DNA of 64,000 nucleotides from a virus: the IMG/VR virus record IMGVR_UViG_3300032236_001232, positions 99,948-163,947 of that record. One strand, written 5' to 3'. The notes under the pieces were generated by a model that searched no databases, was not told the DNA's origin, and was given only the letters and a program-made list of their open reading frames with translations. Each line of letters opens with the position of its first letter. Within the stretch, counting starts at the first letter, position 1. Below, piece after piece: positions 34,001 to 43,363 of this stretch. The translations under genes were made by a program, and so were the position numbers.

Positions 34001-34618
34001 AATACCGGAACATACCATCAATTTACCAATGATGGAATAACTTTTGTCGATGGTATTGATGCCAAGGATCAAGTTGAAGTCAATTACGGTGGTAGACGAT
34101 TAAGCAAGGTAGGAACTTTCTACCAAGATATTTCTGTATTCCCAGACACTCCTAAATTCAATTATCTAGGAACTGTTACATCGGTTAGTCTATTACCAGC
34201 AACCACAGCAATAGGTGATGGGTATATTGTAACCGATTCAAATCAAGTTTGGATTTATGAAAATTCCACTGAATTACAATCAGTAAATGGATATGTCTAT
34301 CATGGGCTGGATTATAGAGAGCCAGAGTTTACTATAGATATTGATTCACAGCAAATTACGTTAAATATTGAAAATGGAGTTCAGGAAGGGGTTAAACTTA
34401 CCTTGGTTAAACGTGAAATTTCTTCGGTATGGAATGATCAAATCAGTTCCGAATCGACTAAATCTTTAATGGAGAGTAGCACAACCCAGGCCAAGTTCTT
34501 ACAGGCCAGACCAGCCGAACTACCAGATAAGTATTATTATGGAGGTGATCCTGCCCTTGCAGGCGATGATGGATACGCTATAACCACTGATCAAGACCAG
34601 CCGCTAGAAGGATATTAA
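22049..34618 (+). CDS. Giant baseplate wedge protein (gp7-like), 4189 aa
   Basis: Follows gp6; N-terminal [12 protein letters not shown]; KPYHT motif; FG-GAP-like repeats (FGYSLA, FGHSLY, FGQAID, GAP); short carbohydrate-binding-like repeats. Confidence 0.7.
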   Translation: MASKDIKSVNLLPEFLRTDKNSKFLSSTIDQLINPAQLERIDGYIGSAITPNYVSTSDIYVSETSQLRRDYQLEPACIVKDSLGTINDVIGIDDLTNEISLYGGHVDNFDRLYRSNFYSYDPHIDWDKFVNYQNYYWLVTGPDNFIITGNNLNITTDILGQPAYTYNGTALLNGMKVRFEGTVSPESYLGKDFFVEGVGTGIKLIPYDNLSSSEAITTLYIEHFDADPFDDYPFDGYKNLPETPEYITINRASRDLNSWSRYNRWVHKDVIRVSAESTNQQPVYPANKRARRPIIEFKADLKLYNHGNVGIPDVDLIDTVTTDAFSIVEGSAGYYVDGILLEQGHTVIFTADTDSLVRSKIYQVNYVIIQDRTRLVLQEIAAPIAGSITSAVLGDKNSGTSWWFDGDYWVYAQQHTTVNQAPLFELFDNKGHSYSDINYYKSNFAGNKIFGYEIGTIYDPILQFKIKYRNSVGTGSYLFKNYFMTDTISISVDSQTTDIISTGITYCKFSTANGDTYANVWSLADPYPIPTLVSPVTGDTYYEPPLGLTNNPLNGAISSLTLSEIADHVNNSYRRLISNVNPLAFAQLFIGKKEHSLIDAIDLAAEQYNQYKLAFLKKIAQIDNQTDPVAAVDQALNELNSDKDTLSPYYWSDMAPYGTDKITRKWTVTNSRNKIYSITSDYDPAVLSMRAVLVYLNRVQLLRDIDYTFEINDSSVKILVDLTVGDTIVIDDYTNTVGNFVPSTPTKLGLYPKYTPKIFNDNTYVDQETVVIQGHDGSIMIAYNDYRDAIILEFEKRIFNNIKAEYRSELLDSNTVIPGAFRNTQFTVDEIKAIINGEFNNWAGINGIEITNNSAFDTGNPFTWNYTNTYNSNIDENLIGSWRAIYKYFYDTDRPHTAPWEMLGIAIKPDWWDDLYGVAPYTSGNTVLWEDIAAGRINGTVNTLYVRDGLLDLLPVDEYGDLVDPTELIVQDNSITPTKINSLWAFNEQGPAETAWRRSSYWPFVLQKLMALTKPADYAALLYDPIRLTKNISDQWSYGDDHKFLSPGIVKIHGNNGDITTGYSVFVSEAGRQRTGNYINELSSDLSYVDFNLFYKVGGFISKNKMQVIIDAIDPTSSSSGAILPPEDYSLILNTSNPVKVTAISGIIVQKSNGKFIVRGYDNFRPYFNTYSPVRNATTPTITVGGVSQPFVIWKSSSSGGETGLTDAEITTAQSATYGVFYQKGQIVSYSDRFYRVKIDHKSGDTFNANYFQLLPSLPIDGGVSVQTAIRYDKKLVQIPYGTKFDKIQDVYDLIIGYGTWLEDQGFIFDQFNNDLQTILDWKFSGKEFLFWTTQNWADNSVITLSPFADQIKFYSTDSVVDNIFNNFYRRTILQVNGKAFRNSNLSVNRDNGTCTIRTSNTPQGIYFAVLNNVQKEHAMVFKNTTMFNDTIYDIETGYRQRRMKLVGFRTAGWNGDYFSPGFIYDAAVVEDWKTYTDYRYADVVRFNGNYYSANKNIAGTTAFDFNKWTVLRSKPSADLIPNFDYKISQFEDFYSLDIDNFDLAQQKMAQHLTGYTPRVYLNNIFTNPISQYKFYQGYIKEKGTRNAITKLAKASIHNLQGDIEYNEEWAFRIGHYGSYETFKELEVSLVEGTFIENPQIVKLIDSVPSVPNDLIYYSTATSWSIVPTEYVASTTFVTTSSTDIFQLPIAGYVNFDDIEYTAYSETDVLAIAQSDKTIKRGDTVWVAAKKNNDWGVFRYSLSKSRIIGAKVEFGTTGELTLITDKTHYLSTGDIIAIYECDSRIDGIYTVKSVNKFTEFTIDYAAANSITSLASTGLLFKFVNSRYSFYDQLPSDNTLLQFPINTKVWVDDDGTGNWVVYQKVKNYNRYSVSGATTASREELGWSLTKAKNSNIFMAGAPGYKTANNTGTVFVYAEKPNGVEIKLRYGLNESTAIYYSPGCDAEFGYSLAYDDRDFIGSAGSTGYGLFFAGAPGASGTRSNDVTAVRYAYSTGTTSAYVQEGAVKISSVDPITAQEDTQHVLLSPNPSSYERFGHSLYIQQITTDDSKILLVGAPEIYNQGTGNVYAYRVTANTVTTGTVNLSYIKSLNTASVVLSSGDQWGYSIGGSDAADIVAIGAPGHSVAGIVSIFTGTGLTYSQTINSPFGNHGKFGSVVKVSPDGSYLFVSAIDARGQDQSYGKVAVYTSTNGLFVLDSILDNPLPTVGMKFGQAIDINDSNTELVISAIGKNKSIVTTFDTYKDLLATQPDPTTPYANNPDSIVLDSNTIFDADSTTFYDSSTDSGAAYIYNRKTNKFRLTYELAPVNASSGTNFGYSVAVNANSIYVGAPAYSSDVPGAFHQFYKINTESDSLREIRKQTELVDLSTLQKVSLIDTFNEEVVEYLDTIDPVKGRIAGQADQDIRYKSLTDPAIYSVGSSSTVTDPNTNWLDSHVGELWWDLSTVKYVWYEQGDAAYRKNNWGRVFPGSSIDIYEWVGTPYLPSEWSQIADTVAGLSQGISGQPKYANDSVYSIKQVYNSATSSFENRYYFWVKNKVTLPDVKNRRISADQITSIISNPTLYGLKYAAIIGQDSFALSNVGDMLIDDRIHINLTYDIINNPIPLHTEWLLLQEGLATSRPNTLLEKKLLDSLLGHDSLGNPVPDPALSPRARYGISIRPRQTLFKNRSEAIRNIVEFSNSVLIENRITGNYSFANLNKQEAVPGVNSGRYDEIVEDNEGLLVIDNRSFVRAELSCNIENGKIVSINIDNAGHGYKISPLVKLPNNTDSSAEIKTVIDSNGSVVDTVIVDAGAKFSTAPTLEVRSYTAIVLADNENNGKWSEFVYDVPNKSWVRLHTQKYNTTLYWTYHDWVSADYNPFVDYAYTVDEIYQLESLEDLKAGDYVKVKNGGLGYYIIVERVLDGMMGDFSENFNIVYSENGTIQILDTVWNFANSNLNFDQTNSYDQTLYDQTPDIELNYILLALRDDLFVNDLKVNWNLLFFKSVKYALSEQKLLDWAFKTSFINVVNNAGTLDQRTVYKLQNAEYFEDYIKEVKPYHTNIRSFTSKYSVEEPSATFTTDFDLPAYYDQAANQFTSIEILASESSSLFTITNTLTNVYPWKSWTDNYLTSGTVRTNLIGMKFDRISRGPEISNVTTVDNFICNGSDNEFVLTWVAQPNKSLITITLDGSLVLGSDYTVTYYDEDYGQFAGEYYKSRNKIVFLNYTPNDGQILTVSYYKKTDSLNSIDRILNYYTATSGMPGLDLGQLMTGIVYPKTRVEGLMFDYSTDWDVYRGFDTTSYADSVGFYTSTTASSASSLIGGTWTSIQLSSTTGVALGQYVNVASTLTQIFTTATVRVVGINTTTNIVKFNTTTYTTIPLGSTIEFWTLDSEMSILDSAIEGGTWNTSTRIGALGINPEDIIIDGDGFITPNTSYAPEELVPGEVNESLGINVYTKNPQGGPVVLSSYVNISAGTTTTSVLGIVPPSSDNIIVSFNNTIFTYITGTNFTANTYTINWATNELVVPPQSVSGNLGYTIVSIGGGRHDQEAGVIDSSSVSVIGTSTVQAQSLSSYQTVKSAYVTVNGQKIESTGTGVYYELTYANSVNRRAAVNVYRLPIDKTNTVTAWFFGTYNKYFNEVKEETFAITGSTYYTLSYPPGNIEPVAEEAIVELYDPATGYRNILRPPHTDYYKVVNLYSTTFPINNTGTYTLGSKLRVYVNGIELKPGFEYSVVGGTQVAINFGICQVNDVVAILSKPATPNYDYDIVGNVLSLEPGFSTSKQLKVITYTNHDNMFIRTEQFTGLAGRRYQISRPALNDNYVWVIVNGVPLVNKLDYEILDDFVTVQISSRFEHTASDNITIISISDSPLATTVLGYRVFNDIFNRTHFKRLSKQNTTYLTRPLSFTDTEIYVADASVLTPPLVSKNMPGVVIIDGERIEFFTVTGNVLGQLRRTTLGTAPSFHSEENTKVIDQGLDQTVPFKENIYKQVLLTSTLTNTYSISPTNYVVNTGTYHQFTNDGITFVDGIDAKDQVEVNYGGRRLSKVGTFYQDISVFPDTPKFNYLGTVTSVSLLPATTAIGDGYIVTDSNQVWIYENSTELQSVNGYVYHGLDYREPEFTIDIDSQQITLNIENGVQEGVKLTLVKREISSVWNDQISSESTKSLMESSTTQAKFLQARPAELPDKYYYGGDPALAGDDGYAITTDQDQPLEGY

Positions 34619-34619
34619 G

Positions 34620-35414
34620 ATGCCAAAGATTTCACAATTACCTGTTATTACAACAGCAACCAATGAGACATATTTTCTTGTTGAGGATCACAGGCTGGCC
34701 AAACGTGCGTCGTATCAAGACATTCTAAATCAAGTATCTAGAGGTCCTAGTGGGCCAACTGGTCCAAGCGGAACAGGACCACAAGGTCCTAGCGGCCCGA
34801 ATGGAACAGATGGTGCTCATGGAGTAACCGGGCCACAAGGACCGCAAGGCGCAGTAGGCCCACAAGGTCCTATCGGTTATACAGGATATGCTGGTGCTCA
34901 GGGACCGCAGGGTGTTACCGGACCGCAAGGTCCTAGCGGTCCTAGCGGAGTTAGTAATATAGCAGGGCCACAAGGACCGGTTGGACCAAGCGGAGCAGGT
35001 GCCCAAGGCCCACAGGGTGTAACTGGCCCACAAGGACCAGTTGGTCCGACAGGAGCAGGTGCCCAAGGTCCGCAGGGTCCGAGTGGATCTTCCGGTCCAC
35101 GTGGATTTGTTGGTGCCCAGGGACCACAAGGACCCAGTGGAGTTAGTAATGTAGCAGGACCACAAGGACCCAGTGGACCACAAGGTGCCGGAGCCCAAGG
35201 TCCGCAAGGTCCTCAGGGAGCATCGGGTCCACAAGGAGTTAGTGGGCCAAGCGGTCCAAGCGGTCCAAGTGGAGCAAACGCTATAACAATAGTGTCGGTC
35301 CCTGCTAATAGCAGTAGTTCTGGAACAGTTGGGCAAATTGCCTATTCTGGGGACTTTGTCTATATATGTGTTGCTACCAATACATGGCGTAAACTCTATG
35401 CCACCACCTTTTAA
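34620..35414 (+). CDS. Collagen-like tail fibre/whisker protein
   Basis: About 180 aa of interrupted Gly-X-Y (GPQ/GPS) repeats; N-terminal KISQLP; C-terminal GQIAY....YICVATNTW. Confidence 0.85.
   Translation: MPKISQLPVITTATNETYFLVEDHRLAKRASYQDILNQVSRGPSGPTGPSGTGPQGPSGPNGTDGAHGVTGPQGPQGAVGPQGPIGYTGYAGAQGPQGVTGPQGPSGPSGVSNIAGPQGPVGPSGAGAQGPQGVTGPQGPVGPTGAGAQGPQGPSGSSGPRGFVGAQGPQGPSGVSNVAGPQGPSGPQGAGAQGPQGPQGASGPQGVSGPSGPSGPSGANAITIVSVPANSSSSGTVGQIAYSGDFVYICVATNTWRKLYATTF
34740..35275 (+). repeat. Collagen triplet coding repeats with internal duplications
   Basis: Repeated GGNCCACAAGG units; GGAGTTAGTAATRTAGCAGG occurs twice. Confidence 0.8.
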
Positions 35415-35432
35415 TATAGCATAAATATCACT

Positions 35433-36062
35433 ATGAATAATACAGCAACCATTAGAAAACCCGACGAGCAAGGCGCTATCAGCATTCAAGGGCACATTAA
35501 AATTTTCGATCCTGTATCTAAAGAAGTTTTTATTGACAAGCGTAATGCCATCCATTATGAGAATTTTTCTCTAGCATTAGCAAGAAGTTTAAGTAGTCAA
35601 GGCTTTGGAACCATTGCTGAAATGGCGTTTGGTAATGGTGGAACACGAGTTGGGGAAACTGGTATCATTACATACCTAACCCCTAATACAGTTGGCACAA
35701 ACAGCGCTCTGTATAATGAAACTTATATCAAGACTGTAGATCCTAAATTACCAGAAAGTCTAGATCCAGCAAGAAATTTTATGGAAGTTAGACATGTTTT
35801 AGGAACTGCTTATAGTGATATTTTAGTCAGTTGTTTATTAGACTTTGGTGAGCCCTCTGGTCAGGCAGCTTTTGATAATGCCACCAATACCGATGGTCAA
35901 TTCGTTTTTGATGAGTTAGGACTTAAGGCCTACAGTCCAGAAGGTCCGGGGATGGGAGATTTATTAACTCATGTTATTTTTCATCCTGTTCAAAAATCAT
36001 TGAACAGAATGATACAAATTGATTATACAGTAAGGGTTCAAAGTCTTACTAACGGAATTTAA
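35433..36062 (+). CDS. Virion structural (baseplate) protein
   Basis: GHIKIFDP, NAIHYEN, MAFGNGG, FDELGL, THVIFHPVQKSLNR; CATAAATA late motif at 35420-35427. Confidence 0.65.
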   Translation: MNNTATIRKPDEQGAISIQGHIKIFDPVSKEVFIDKRNAIHYENFSLALARSLSSQGFGTIAEMAFGNGGTRVGETGIITYLTPNTVGTNSALYNETYIKTVDPKLPESLDPARNFMEVRHVLGTAYSDILVSCLLDFGEPSGQAAFDNATNTDGQFVFDELGLKAYSPEGPGMGDLLTHVIFHPVQKSLNRMIQIDYTVRVQSLTNGI

Positions 36063-36064
36063 GT

Positions 36065-37420
36065 ATGTCCTACACGTTGAAATTTTCTGATAGCACTAAA
36101 ACCACAGACATTGTGGTTCCCGCCATGCCTCCTGGCATTAACACTGTTGACACCAGTCTAAGTTTAGTAGGACGGGGTTATCCTAATTATGGCGAAAAGG
36201 TAGCAGAAAATTTCCTACATCTGTTGGAAAATTTTGCCAGTTCAGTTCCTCCAGAAAACCCAATTGAAGGGCAGTTATGGTATGATACTAGTGATCCTAA
36301 TAATAAAGTTTTACGGATCATGGATGGAACTGTTTCCAGCACTCGTTGGCCCAGTGTTACAGGAATATATCAACAGTCTACCGATCCAAAGTTAGAAGCC
36401 ACACAAGGTCTTAAAACAGGTGATATTTGGGTTGACATAGGAAAAAATCAGCTTAAGATTTACAGTGCTGGAAATTGGACTACTGTAGGCCCTTCTACAT
36501 CAACTGATACAGGCGCTTTTGTTGCTACTTTACCTGCGGTTTCAGGCGGACCATACAATGTTATCTTAAACAAAGTAGACGGAGCAGTTATATCGGTTGT
36601 TGCAGGTGATGCATTTACTCCTAATCCGGTAATAGATGGGTTTACTTCATTGACTACTGGGACTAATTTAGTCACCGGTTCAATTCTTAATGGAACTGCG
36701 TTAGCCGCACTAAACTTTTCTATCAATGGCACATTGTATTCAGCATCGGGATTTTTAAGGAAAAATAATTCCGGTGGAGAAACAATTACGGGTAAAGTTG
36801 TATATAAAACACCCGCTGATCAATCAGCTGCTCTTGGTCGAGACGGAGTGGTAATCTACAAATCAGATGATTCAGCATCAAACTATACTCAATTTTATAA
36901 GAGTGTTAACGATGCTGTAATTCTTAACAACACCGCTGGTGGAAAAATAATTTTCAAAACCAAAGGTGTTACTGCCGGTCTAACAGAATCTGTATCAATT
37001 GAAAAAACATTAGTTAAAGTTGGTGTAACTACCGAAGCCTCTAGCACTACAACCGGTGCGTTAGTAGTCACAGGTGGAGTAGCTGTTGGCGGTAATCTTT
37101 ATATCGGTAATAAATTATACGTTAATGGTATTAATTTAAACACTGCTACTTTATCTTTATCAAATACAGCAGTATCAACATCAACTACAACAGGTGCATT
37201 AATTGTAGCCGGTGGAGTTGGTATTGGTGGTAGTTTGTATGTTGACGAAACAGTTGTAACAAAGACTTATACCGTAACAACATTACCGACTCCTTCTCAA
37301 GGAATGCGAGCATTTGTTAGTGATGCCAATACCAATACATTCTATAGTGTTGCTGTTTCTGGATCTCCGAACTACTATGTTCCTGTATTTTATGACGGAT
37401 CTAATTGGCGAATAGGATAA
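36065..37420 (+). CDS. Tail fibre/baseplate pin protein (paralogue 1)
   Basis: N-terminal SLSLVGRGYPNYGE..NFLHLLENFA..GQLWYD; repeated STTTGALVV.GGV..GG.LY; C-terminal VPVFYDGSNW. Confidence 0.7.
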   Translation: MSYTLKFSDSTKTTDIVVPAMPPGINTVDTSLSLVGRGYPNYGEKVAENFLHLLENFASSVPPENPIEGQLWYDTSDPNNKVLRIMDGTVSSTRWPSVTGIYQQSTDPKLEATQGLKTGDIWVDIGKNQLKIYSAGNWTTVGPSTSTDTGAFVATLPAVSGGPYNVILNKVDGAVISVVAGDAFTPNPVIDGFTSLTTGTNLVTGSILNGTALAALNFSINGTLYSASGFLRKNNSGGETITGKVVYKTPADQSAALGRDGVVIYKSDDSASNYTQFYKSVNDAVILNNTAGGKIIFKTKGVTAGLTESVSIEKTLVKVGVTTEASSTTTGALVVTGGVAVGGNLYIGNKLYVNGINLNTATLSLSNTAVSTSTTTGALIVAGGVGIGGSLYVDETVVTKTYTVTTLPTPSQGMRAFVSDANTNTFYSVAVSGSPNYYVPVFYDGSNWRIG

Positions 37421-37426
37421 AATTGA

Positions 37427-38410
37427 ATGTCTTACACAATAAAAAACACTGACGGCACTACTCTGTTACTATTAGCAGATGGTACTGTAGATGAAATTAC
37501 AACCAGTTTAGCCTTAATTGGTAAAAATTATACTGGGTTCGGTCAAGAATATAATAACAATCTTGTTAAGCTATTAGCAAATTCAGCAAATAGTGCTAAT
37601 AATCCTCCACGTAGTCCTCTTAAAGGGCAACTGTGGTATGACACAACAGCAAAAAGAGTTAAGGTCTATGATGGAAGTTTTAAATCCATCAGTGGCGCAA
37701 TTATATCTTCCACTCAACCGTCAACATTGGTTGCCGGCGATCTATGGTGGGATAATACTAACGATCAATTAAAAGTTTATACAGGAAGCACTTCTACAGT
37801 AATAGGTCCTGCATTTTCTAAATTAATTGGTGATAACGGTTTTATTTTACCTGCAGTTAGTGTTAGAGATATTGATAACAATGTTAAAAACGTAACTTTA
37901 CTTAAAAATTATGGTGTGACATTAGGATATGTTGCATCGGATCCATTTGTTATCAGCACTATTACGAATTTTTCATACCTAACATCCGGCACTACGACCT
38001 CTACAGTTAAAGGATTGACTGTATTAGGTGATATACAATATAGTGGAAAAATTTCAAACAAGTATCTAACATTAGATTTAAACTTGAGTAATATTACTAC
38101 ATTGGACAACTTATACGAATCTAATTCTGTAAATGTAACTACTCAAAATTCTAGAATCGCACAGGTATTGAGATCAGTTTTTCCAATCAACACCGGGATA
38201 GATCCAATACCTAATTATTATGCAGCCACGTTAAAAGAAACAGGAGTCCCGGTTAATAGCGAAGTTAGAGTTTTATTAAGCTCAACTGCTAATTCTTATG
38301 TATATCAGATTAGACTTTTTACGGCAGATCATACTGGTGGATGGGTAGGTAAGAGCACTGGAGCCGCTTACACGGCCACTAATGTTATAAGTGAATTTTC
38401 AAGGATTTAA
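37427..38410 (+). CDS. Tail fibre/baseplate pin protein (paralogue 2)
   Basis: Same N-terminal module (LIGKNY.GFG..N.N.VKLL.N, GQLWYD, GDLWWD). Confidence 0.7.
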   Translation: MSYTIKNTDGTTLLLLADGTVDEITTSLALIGKNYTGFGQEYNNNLVKLLANSANSANNPPRSPLKGQLWYDTTAKRVKVYDGSFKSISGAIISSTQPSTLVAGDLWWDNTNDQLKVYTGSTSTVIGPAFSKLIGDNGFILPAVSVRDIDNNVKNVTLLKNYGVTLGYVASDPFVISTITNFSYLTSGTTTSTVKGLTVLGDIQYSGKISNKYLTLDLNLSNITTLDNLYESNSVNVTTQNSRIAQVLRSVFPINTGIDPIPNYYAATLKETGVPVNSEVRVLLSSTANSYVYQIRLFTADHTGGWVGKSTGAAYTATNVISEFSRI

Positions 38411-38415
38411 AATAT

Positions 38416-38754
38416 ATGACCGTTATAACCGAAGTATTCAAATCAGACACTGCTCTTGCAGACGGAACTGTGGTTGCCATAGGTGGAACGGCGGAGATTG
38501 TTGCCTGCTCAAACGGGGACAGGGTAGTTGGTATAGTATCCGGCAGTAATCAAACCGATGTAACAGTGGTGATCAAAGGGCGAATTCAAATTAGATGTGA
38601 TTCTTCGGTTAATAAGGGAGATAGACTAGTAGCCGCAGATAATGGTAGAGCAAGGGTTACTCAACCCGGGCATCCAGAAGTATTTGCTATTGCCTTGGAA
38701 GATTCTCGATCAGGTAATTGGGGTAGGGATTTGGTCTCAGTATGGGTCTTATAA
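38416..38754 (+). CDS. Stand-alone tail-fibre chaperone-like domain
   Basis: Aligns by eye with the C-terminus of 38762..40009 (GTV..IGG..E, GIVS, KGR, V.KGD.LV, AL). Confidence 0.6.
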   Translation: MTVITEVFKSDTALADGTVVAIGGTAEIVACSNGDRVVGIVSGSNQTDVTVVIKGRIQIRCDSSVNKGDRLVAADNGRARVTQPGHPEVFAIALEDSRSGNWGRDLVSVWVL

Positions 38755-38761
38755 ATAAATT

Positions 38762-40009
38762 ATGCCTTATATTTTAAATAAAACTAATGGATCTAAACTT
38801 GCAGTATTGGAAGATGCCAGTTTAGATCTCACCACTAATCTAAGTTTTGTCGGCAGAAATTATTCTGGTTACGGCGAAATTATCAATGAAAATTTATTAA
38901 AGTTATTAGAGAATTTCTCTAATACCACACAGCCTAGTCGCCCAATAATGGGACAACTTTGGTTTAACAGCAGTAGTGATCAAAGAAGATTAAGTGTCTG
39001 TTATGATGGAAAAAACTTCAAAGGACTGGCAACTCTTAGGGTGCAGTCGGCTACTCCTACTACTTCAATTCAAGGTGAGTTATGGTGGGATACTGCTAAT
39101 AATCAACTCAAGGCATTTAATGGTGCTACCTATCTAACTGTTGGTCCTACTACAGTATCTTCTGCTAAATCATCTTGGACATTTACCGAAGAAACTTATA
39201 TTGATCCTACCAACACGCCATATAGTATTCCTTTTATCAAAGGTAATCTAAATGGTAGACCTTCTGTTGCTATCACAGCATTTACAGATTTGGTAACAAC
39301 TTCTACCATCAAAGTAACAAACTCTGATTTGATTAGTTCAACTGGAGAGAACCCTGATTTCTCCAACGGCATTAAGAAAGGTATAACACTAGCAGGATGC
39401 GATGTAAATGGATCAAGTAGAGCCAGTGATTATTACTTCTGGGGAACAGCCGCCGAAGCGCTAACAGCAGTTACAGCAACCGGTCTCACAGTTACTCCAA
39501 AAGTTTCTGGAACATTCTTTGTTCCTTTTGTAAACACCTATAGTGGTGGTGCTAGTTCAATTGGATCCACAAGTTCTTTTAGCTACAATGTGTCTACTGG
39601 AGTTTTGAATGCCACTGCTACTGCTGCCTACTACGCAGACCTAGCAGAACGTTATGCAGCAGATCGACCTTACGAAGTAGGAACGGTTTTAGTAATAGGT
39701 GGAGAAAAAGAGGTTACAACTACAGACATTAAGGCCAATACAGCGGTGATTGGAATAGTCAGTAAAAATCCGGCATATATGATGAATTCTGACGCCGGAA
39801 ACGACGAAACTCACCCCTTTATTGCCTTAAAAGGACGAGTTTCTTGCAAGATTTGCGGCACCGTAGAAAAAGGTGATCTATTGGTAACCAGCTCTATTCC
39901 GGGATATGCAGCAGCCTGGAGTCAAGGCGATAGTCCTAACGCTGTAATAGGAAAAGCCCTAGGATCGCAATCCGAGGGCTTTGGGGTTATAGAAGTTTTA
40001 GTAGTCTAA
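38762..40009 (+). CDS. Tail fibre protein (paralogue 3) with C-terminal intramolecular chaperone/autocleavage domain
   Basis: Shared N-terminal module; YADLAERY..D..YEVGTVLVIGG..IALKGRV; TATAAATA at 38750-38757. Confidence 0.75.
   Translation: MPYILNKTNGSKLAVLEDASLDLTTNLSFVGRNYSGYGEIINENLLKLLENFSNTTQPSRPIMGQLWFNSSSDQRRLSVCYDGKNFKGLATLRVQSATPTTSIQGELWWDTANNQLKAFNGATYLTVGPTTVSSAKSSWTFTEETYIDPTNTPYSIPFIKGNLNGRPSVAITAFTDLVTTSTIKVTNSDLISSTGENPDFSNGIKKGITLAGCDVNGSSRASDYYFWGTAAEALTAVTATGLTVTPKVSGTFFVPFVNTYSGGASSIGSTSSFSYNVSTGVLNATATAAYYADLAERYAADRPYEVGTVLVIGGEKEVTTTDIKANTAVIGIVSKNPAYMMNSDAGNDETHPFIALKGRVSCKICGTVEKGDLLVTSSIPGYAAAWSQGDSPNAVIGKALGSQSEGFGVIEVLVV
39953..39982 (-). terminator. Intrinsic terminator for thyA operon inside the convergent fibre gene
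   Basis: AAAGCCCT-A-GGAT-CGCA-ATCC-G-AGGGCTTT hairpin about 25 nt beyond the thyA stop. Confidence 0.6.
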
Positions 40010-40872
40010 ACAGCCATTGGTGCTGCTATAGCGCCGTGGCTGGTATATCCGATTAGTTCGATATCATCCATACCAAAATTGGTAATGACACTGATTGCTG
40101 GATTCAGTGTTAGAACAGGCAAAGCCATAGGCTCTCTGGACAATTGTTCTTTAACTTGATCGATGTGATTATTGTAGATATGAGCATCACCCAATGTAAT
40201 AATCAACTCCCCTACAGCTAAATTACAGACCTGGGCTATCATGTGCGTAAACAGTGCATAGCTAGCGATGTTGAATGGCACTCCTAAAAACATATCCGCA
40301 CTGCGCTGATACATCTGACAACTTAGTTTACCGCCACTAACATAGAACTGAGCCATCATATGGCATGGTGGCAATGCCATTAGATCCAGTTCACCTGGAT
40401 TCCATGCTGTAATAATATGTCGTCTACCGTAAGGATCAGATTTGATACTGTTGATCAACTCAGTCAGTTGATCGATGTGTTTGATTCCCATACGGTTTGC
40501 GCCAAACACCGGAGCTCTCCAAGTGCGCCATTGAACACCGTAAATTCTACCTAAATCGCCTTTAAACTTTTTTCTACGTTGCCAATAATCAGCACTTTCG
40601 TTATCACTCCAAATAGTTTTCTTGTCGCTATTTGGATCACCGTAAAGTAGTTCTTTCAGTTTTCGTTCATCACCGCTGCCTTCAATAAACCAAAGCAATT
40701 CGCTTACTACAGATCGCCAGGCGAGTTTTTTAGTAGTAACAGCTGGAAATCCTTCTGTTAAATCGAACCTCAGTTGAAGACCGAAAAGACTGCGGGTGCC
40801 TACACCTGTGCGATCAGGACGTAGGTCACCGTTTTCTAGAACATTTTTAAGAGCATCTAGATACTGTTTCAT
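40006..40872 (-). CDS. thyA: Thymidylate synthase
   Basis: DRTGVGT, ELLWF, YGVQWR, MALPPCH, YQRSADMFLGVPFNIASY, GDAHIY. Confidence 0.97.
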   Translation of the reverse strand: MKQYLDALKNVLENGDLRPDRTGVGTRSLFGLQLRFDLTEGFPAVTTKKLAWRSVVSELLWFIEGSGDERKLKELLYGDPNSDKKTIWSDNESADYWQRRKKFKGDLGRIYGVQWRTWRAPVFGANRMGIKHIDQLTELINSIKSDPYGRRHIITAWNPGELDLMALPPCHMMAQFYVSGGKLSCQMYQRSADMFLGVPFNIASYALFTHMIAQVCNLAVGELIITLGDAHIYNNHIDQVKEQLSREPMALPVLTLNPAISVITNFGMDDIELIGYTSHGAIAAPMAV

Positions 40873-41441
40873 TCAGCCTCTACAGCGGCTTTCTTGCTCT
40901 TGCTTTTTGGTGGATCAAGTTCATCTGCCTTCTTGCGAAGTTGTTGAGCCTGTTTGAATAGGGCATCGGCACGAGACCGTAGTTCCCCAGCACTCATTTC
41001 TTCAACAACAGGTTCGACTACAGGTTCTGCAGTTTTAGCAGGTTTAGGATTGGGATTCTTACCATCTGTAACTGCTAGATCCTCTAATGCCACACCTTTT
41101 TGTTCAGCAATGATCACATTGAGTTCGTCAAGTGGAACACTGCTTTGAGGAGTGGGAGTTACTATGACTCCATTTGTGGGAACCTTTTTAAGGTGGTTAT
41201 TAATATGAAACCACTCTAGCATGTTACTGCCATCTGGAAACCTACGAACAGCAAGAATATCTGCCAATTCGTTTGCTGCCTGTGCTTCGTTGCCCTGGAT
41301 CAAATTCATAAGGCTATCGTGGTAAGTATCACCCAACACGTTAGTCCCAATCACTAAGGCACTGTAAGGATCACCTGGTAAAGTTCGATAAGCAATGACG
41401 ATCTTAGCGCCATTGTTTTTCATTTTTCCCACATGTTTCAT
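40869..41441 (-). CDS. Hypothetical protein
   Basis: Clean ORF with RBS; ATGA overlap with thyA. Confidence 0.6.
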   Translation of the reverse strand: MKHVGKMKNNGAKIVIAYRTLPGDPYSALVIGTNVLGDTYHDSLMNLIQGNEAQAANELADILAVRRFPDGSNMLEWFHINNHLKKVPTNGVIVTPTPQSSVPLDELNVIIAEQKGVALEDLAVTDGKNPNPKPAKTAEPVVEPVVEEMSAGELRSRADALFKQAQQLRKKADELDPPKSKSKKAAVEAE

Positions 41442-41453
41442 GTGAACTCCTAT

Positions 41454-41720
41454 TTAGGCTTCTTGGGTATCGGCAGGAGCTTCAGCAGGTGCCTCGGCGG
41501 GTTTTTGTGGTGCTACAGCATTAAGAAATGCGTTAACACGATCAAAAACTGAACCAACTGCGCTCATTTCTGCTGCTTGGAAAGCGCCGCGACGTGCTGC
41601 TGTATCTACAATGGCACGTAGGTTTTGAAGGTCGCTGATGCTGAGTTCAGGTGCAGGAGCGGCGGCTGGAACATCGCCACCAACACCGGTTTCTGTTGCT
41701 ACTTGTGCTTGATCATCCAT
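41454..41720 (-). CDS. Hypothetical protein
   Basis: ORF in operon; core LSISDLQNLRAIVD.A.RRGAF.A.EM. Confidence 0.6.
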   Translation of the reverse strand: MDDQAQVATETGVGGDVPAAAPAPELSISDLQNLRAIVDTAARRGAFQAAEMSAVGSVFDRVNAFLNAVAPQKPAEAPAEAPADTQEA

Positions 41721-41721
41721 T

Positions 41722-42012
41722 TTAAAAATCTTCCTTGTTGTGTAAATAGGGACATCCTAATGACAGCATAGTGATCTCCCTGGGATCCTCTATGCCAATT
41801 ACCGTTACGTCAACGACTTTATTAAGTCGATCGACGCTTAGGCTTCGTTTAATTGCATACCTACTATTTAAGTTGTAGTTAATCCAATGGTCTAATAATT
41901 TGATATCTACAGCAGTGGATACAGTAATAGAACTAAAATGCTCGGGAATAAAGTTTAATTTTCTTACCCCCAAGGCACTTAACGGATTGACTTGTCCTCT
42001 ACTGAGAGCCAT
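41722..42012 (-). CDS. Hypothetical protein
   Basis: TAATG coupling to the VWA gene. Confidence 0.55.
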   Translation of the reverse strand: MALSRGQVNPLSALGVRKLNFIPEHFSSITVSTAVDIKLLDHWINYNLNSRYAIKRSLSVDRLNKVVDVTVIGIEDPREITMLSLGCPYLHNKEDF

Positions 42013-43271
42013 TAGGCAGCATCTTTGTAATAAGCGTATTGTCCAAACGGTGGCACAATAGTTTCGCTACCGTGGATAATAAACAGCGTATCGCAATAAT
42101 GTTCGTCACCCCACGAGCTATAAGGCAGCCCGTCTGTGAACATAATGAACTTCTTAGGCTCGATACCTTCTTCTTTCATAAAGGACCAATTGACTTCAAA
42201 GTCAGTGCCACCACCACCTTTGCATTCGTATTCCATAATTTCGTCGGCATTATCGCCGGAGAATTCGGCATAGCTATAAACACTGGTATCAAAACACCAA
42301 AGTTTAAGTTTAAAGTCTTGGTATTCTTCCATGATGCCTTTGATCTCGCTGATCATGTCTTTGCCCATTGCATCAGTAATACTGCCACTCATATCAATAC
42401 CGCAGGCTATGTCAATAGTCTCTTCATTCATCATACCGGGCAATACAGCACCGCAGTGTTGACTTTTGCGATTTGGACGATTAAAACTGAAGTTACTTTT
42501 GAGAATACTTTGGATATTCATACGCAACATCTGCCGCCAGTCCATCTTAGGCTCGGTAAAATCTTTGATCATACGAGCAATACCTGCCGGCACTTTACCT
42601 GCACCTGCTGCCTGTGCCGCGGCTACTACTGCTTCTTTGATCTCATCGCGGATTTGTTTTCGTTCCTCAGCGGTAAGGCGTGGTCGTTTTCCTTTGCCTT
42701 CTTGGTCCCCGTCGCCGTCGTTGTCGCCATCTTCGACATCGTCGAGATGCTCATCTAACAATTCGCCGAGATCTTCTACATTGATCTTTTCGGCTTTGTC
42801 GTATAGTTCCTCGTAGATCTCCTCGTAAGACTTGCCGCGATATTTGTTATCTTGGAAAATTTTAATCCAATCTGGCACTTCGCCAATACGCTCATCTTTG
42901 AGGATTTGATTAGCGGCATAATCGGCAGCAATATTACTCAATACAGCATGACGCCCATCACGGCGACCCATATGATCAAACACGTTATGAAGCACTTCGT
43001 GTGCAAAGCCAAACTCGGCTTGTTTTGGAGTCAGTCGATTTACAAAGTCGTTGTTGTAATAAAAACGACGACCATCTGTGGCCAGTGTAGAGCACCAGTC
43101 GGTGGCATCAATAAGTTGCATGCGAGTAGCAAGATTGCCAAAGAATGGATGACGGAGCAACAGCCCAATACGAGCGGTTACCAATTTTTCTACAATCTTA
43201 TTCTTTTCTGCCTGAGTAAAGTTCTTAGGAACAATCTTCTTGGTCTTCTCGGATTTCATCACTGATGCCAT
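42012..43271 (-). CDS. Metallopeptidase-VWA domain protein (DUF2201-like)
   Basis: PFFG, TLATDG, zincin HEVLH, NIAAD..N, acidic linker, MIDAS DMSGS, GGGGTDF, FTDG. Confidence 0.85.
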   Translation of the reverse strand: MASVMKSEKTKKIVPKNFTQAEKNKIVEKLVTARIGLLLRHPFFGNLATRMQLIDATDWCSTLATDGRRFYYNNDFVNRLTPKQAEFGFAHEVLHNVFDHMGRRDGRHAVLSNIAADYAANQILKDERIGEVPDWIKIFQDNKYRGKSYEEIYEELYDKAEKINVEDLGELLDEHLDDVEDGDNDGDGDQEGKGKRPRLTAEERKQIRDEIKEAVVAAAQAAGAGKVPAGIARMIKDFTEPKMDWRQMLRMNIQSILKSNFSFNRPNRKSQHCGAVLPGMMNEETIDIACGIDMSGSITDAMGKDMISEIKGIMEEYQDFKLKLWCFDTSVYSYAEFSGDNADEIMEYECKGGGGTDFEVNWSFMKEEGIEPKKFIMFTDGLPYSSWGDEHYCDTLFIIHGSETIVPPFGQYAYYKDAA

Positions 43272-43303
43272 TGCTTTCTCCGTTGTTTAACTGTATATGA
43301 GCT

Positions 43304-43332
43304 ATTATACACACACTTATTTAATATGTCAA
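43304..43332 (-). promoter_or_regulatory. Consensus sigma70 promoter
   Basis: TTGACA-17 bp-TATAAT; spacer contains TTAAATA. Confidence 0.85.
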
Positions 43333-43340
43333 GAGACAAA

Positions 43341-43360
43341 TAAGGCCCTTTCGGGCCCTA
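43341..43360 (-). terminator. Intrinsic terminator after AAA+ gene
   Basis: Minus strand GGCCC-GAAA-GGGCC followed by TTATTT. Confidence 0.7.
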
Positions 43361-43363
43361 TTT

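Noticed and set aside
34725-35555. 276-aa minus-strand ORF
   Set aside because: Antisense shadow of the collagen repeat; no RBS or protein-like features.
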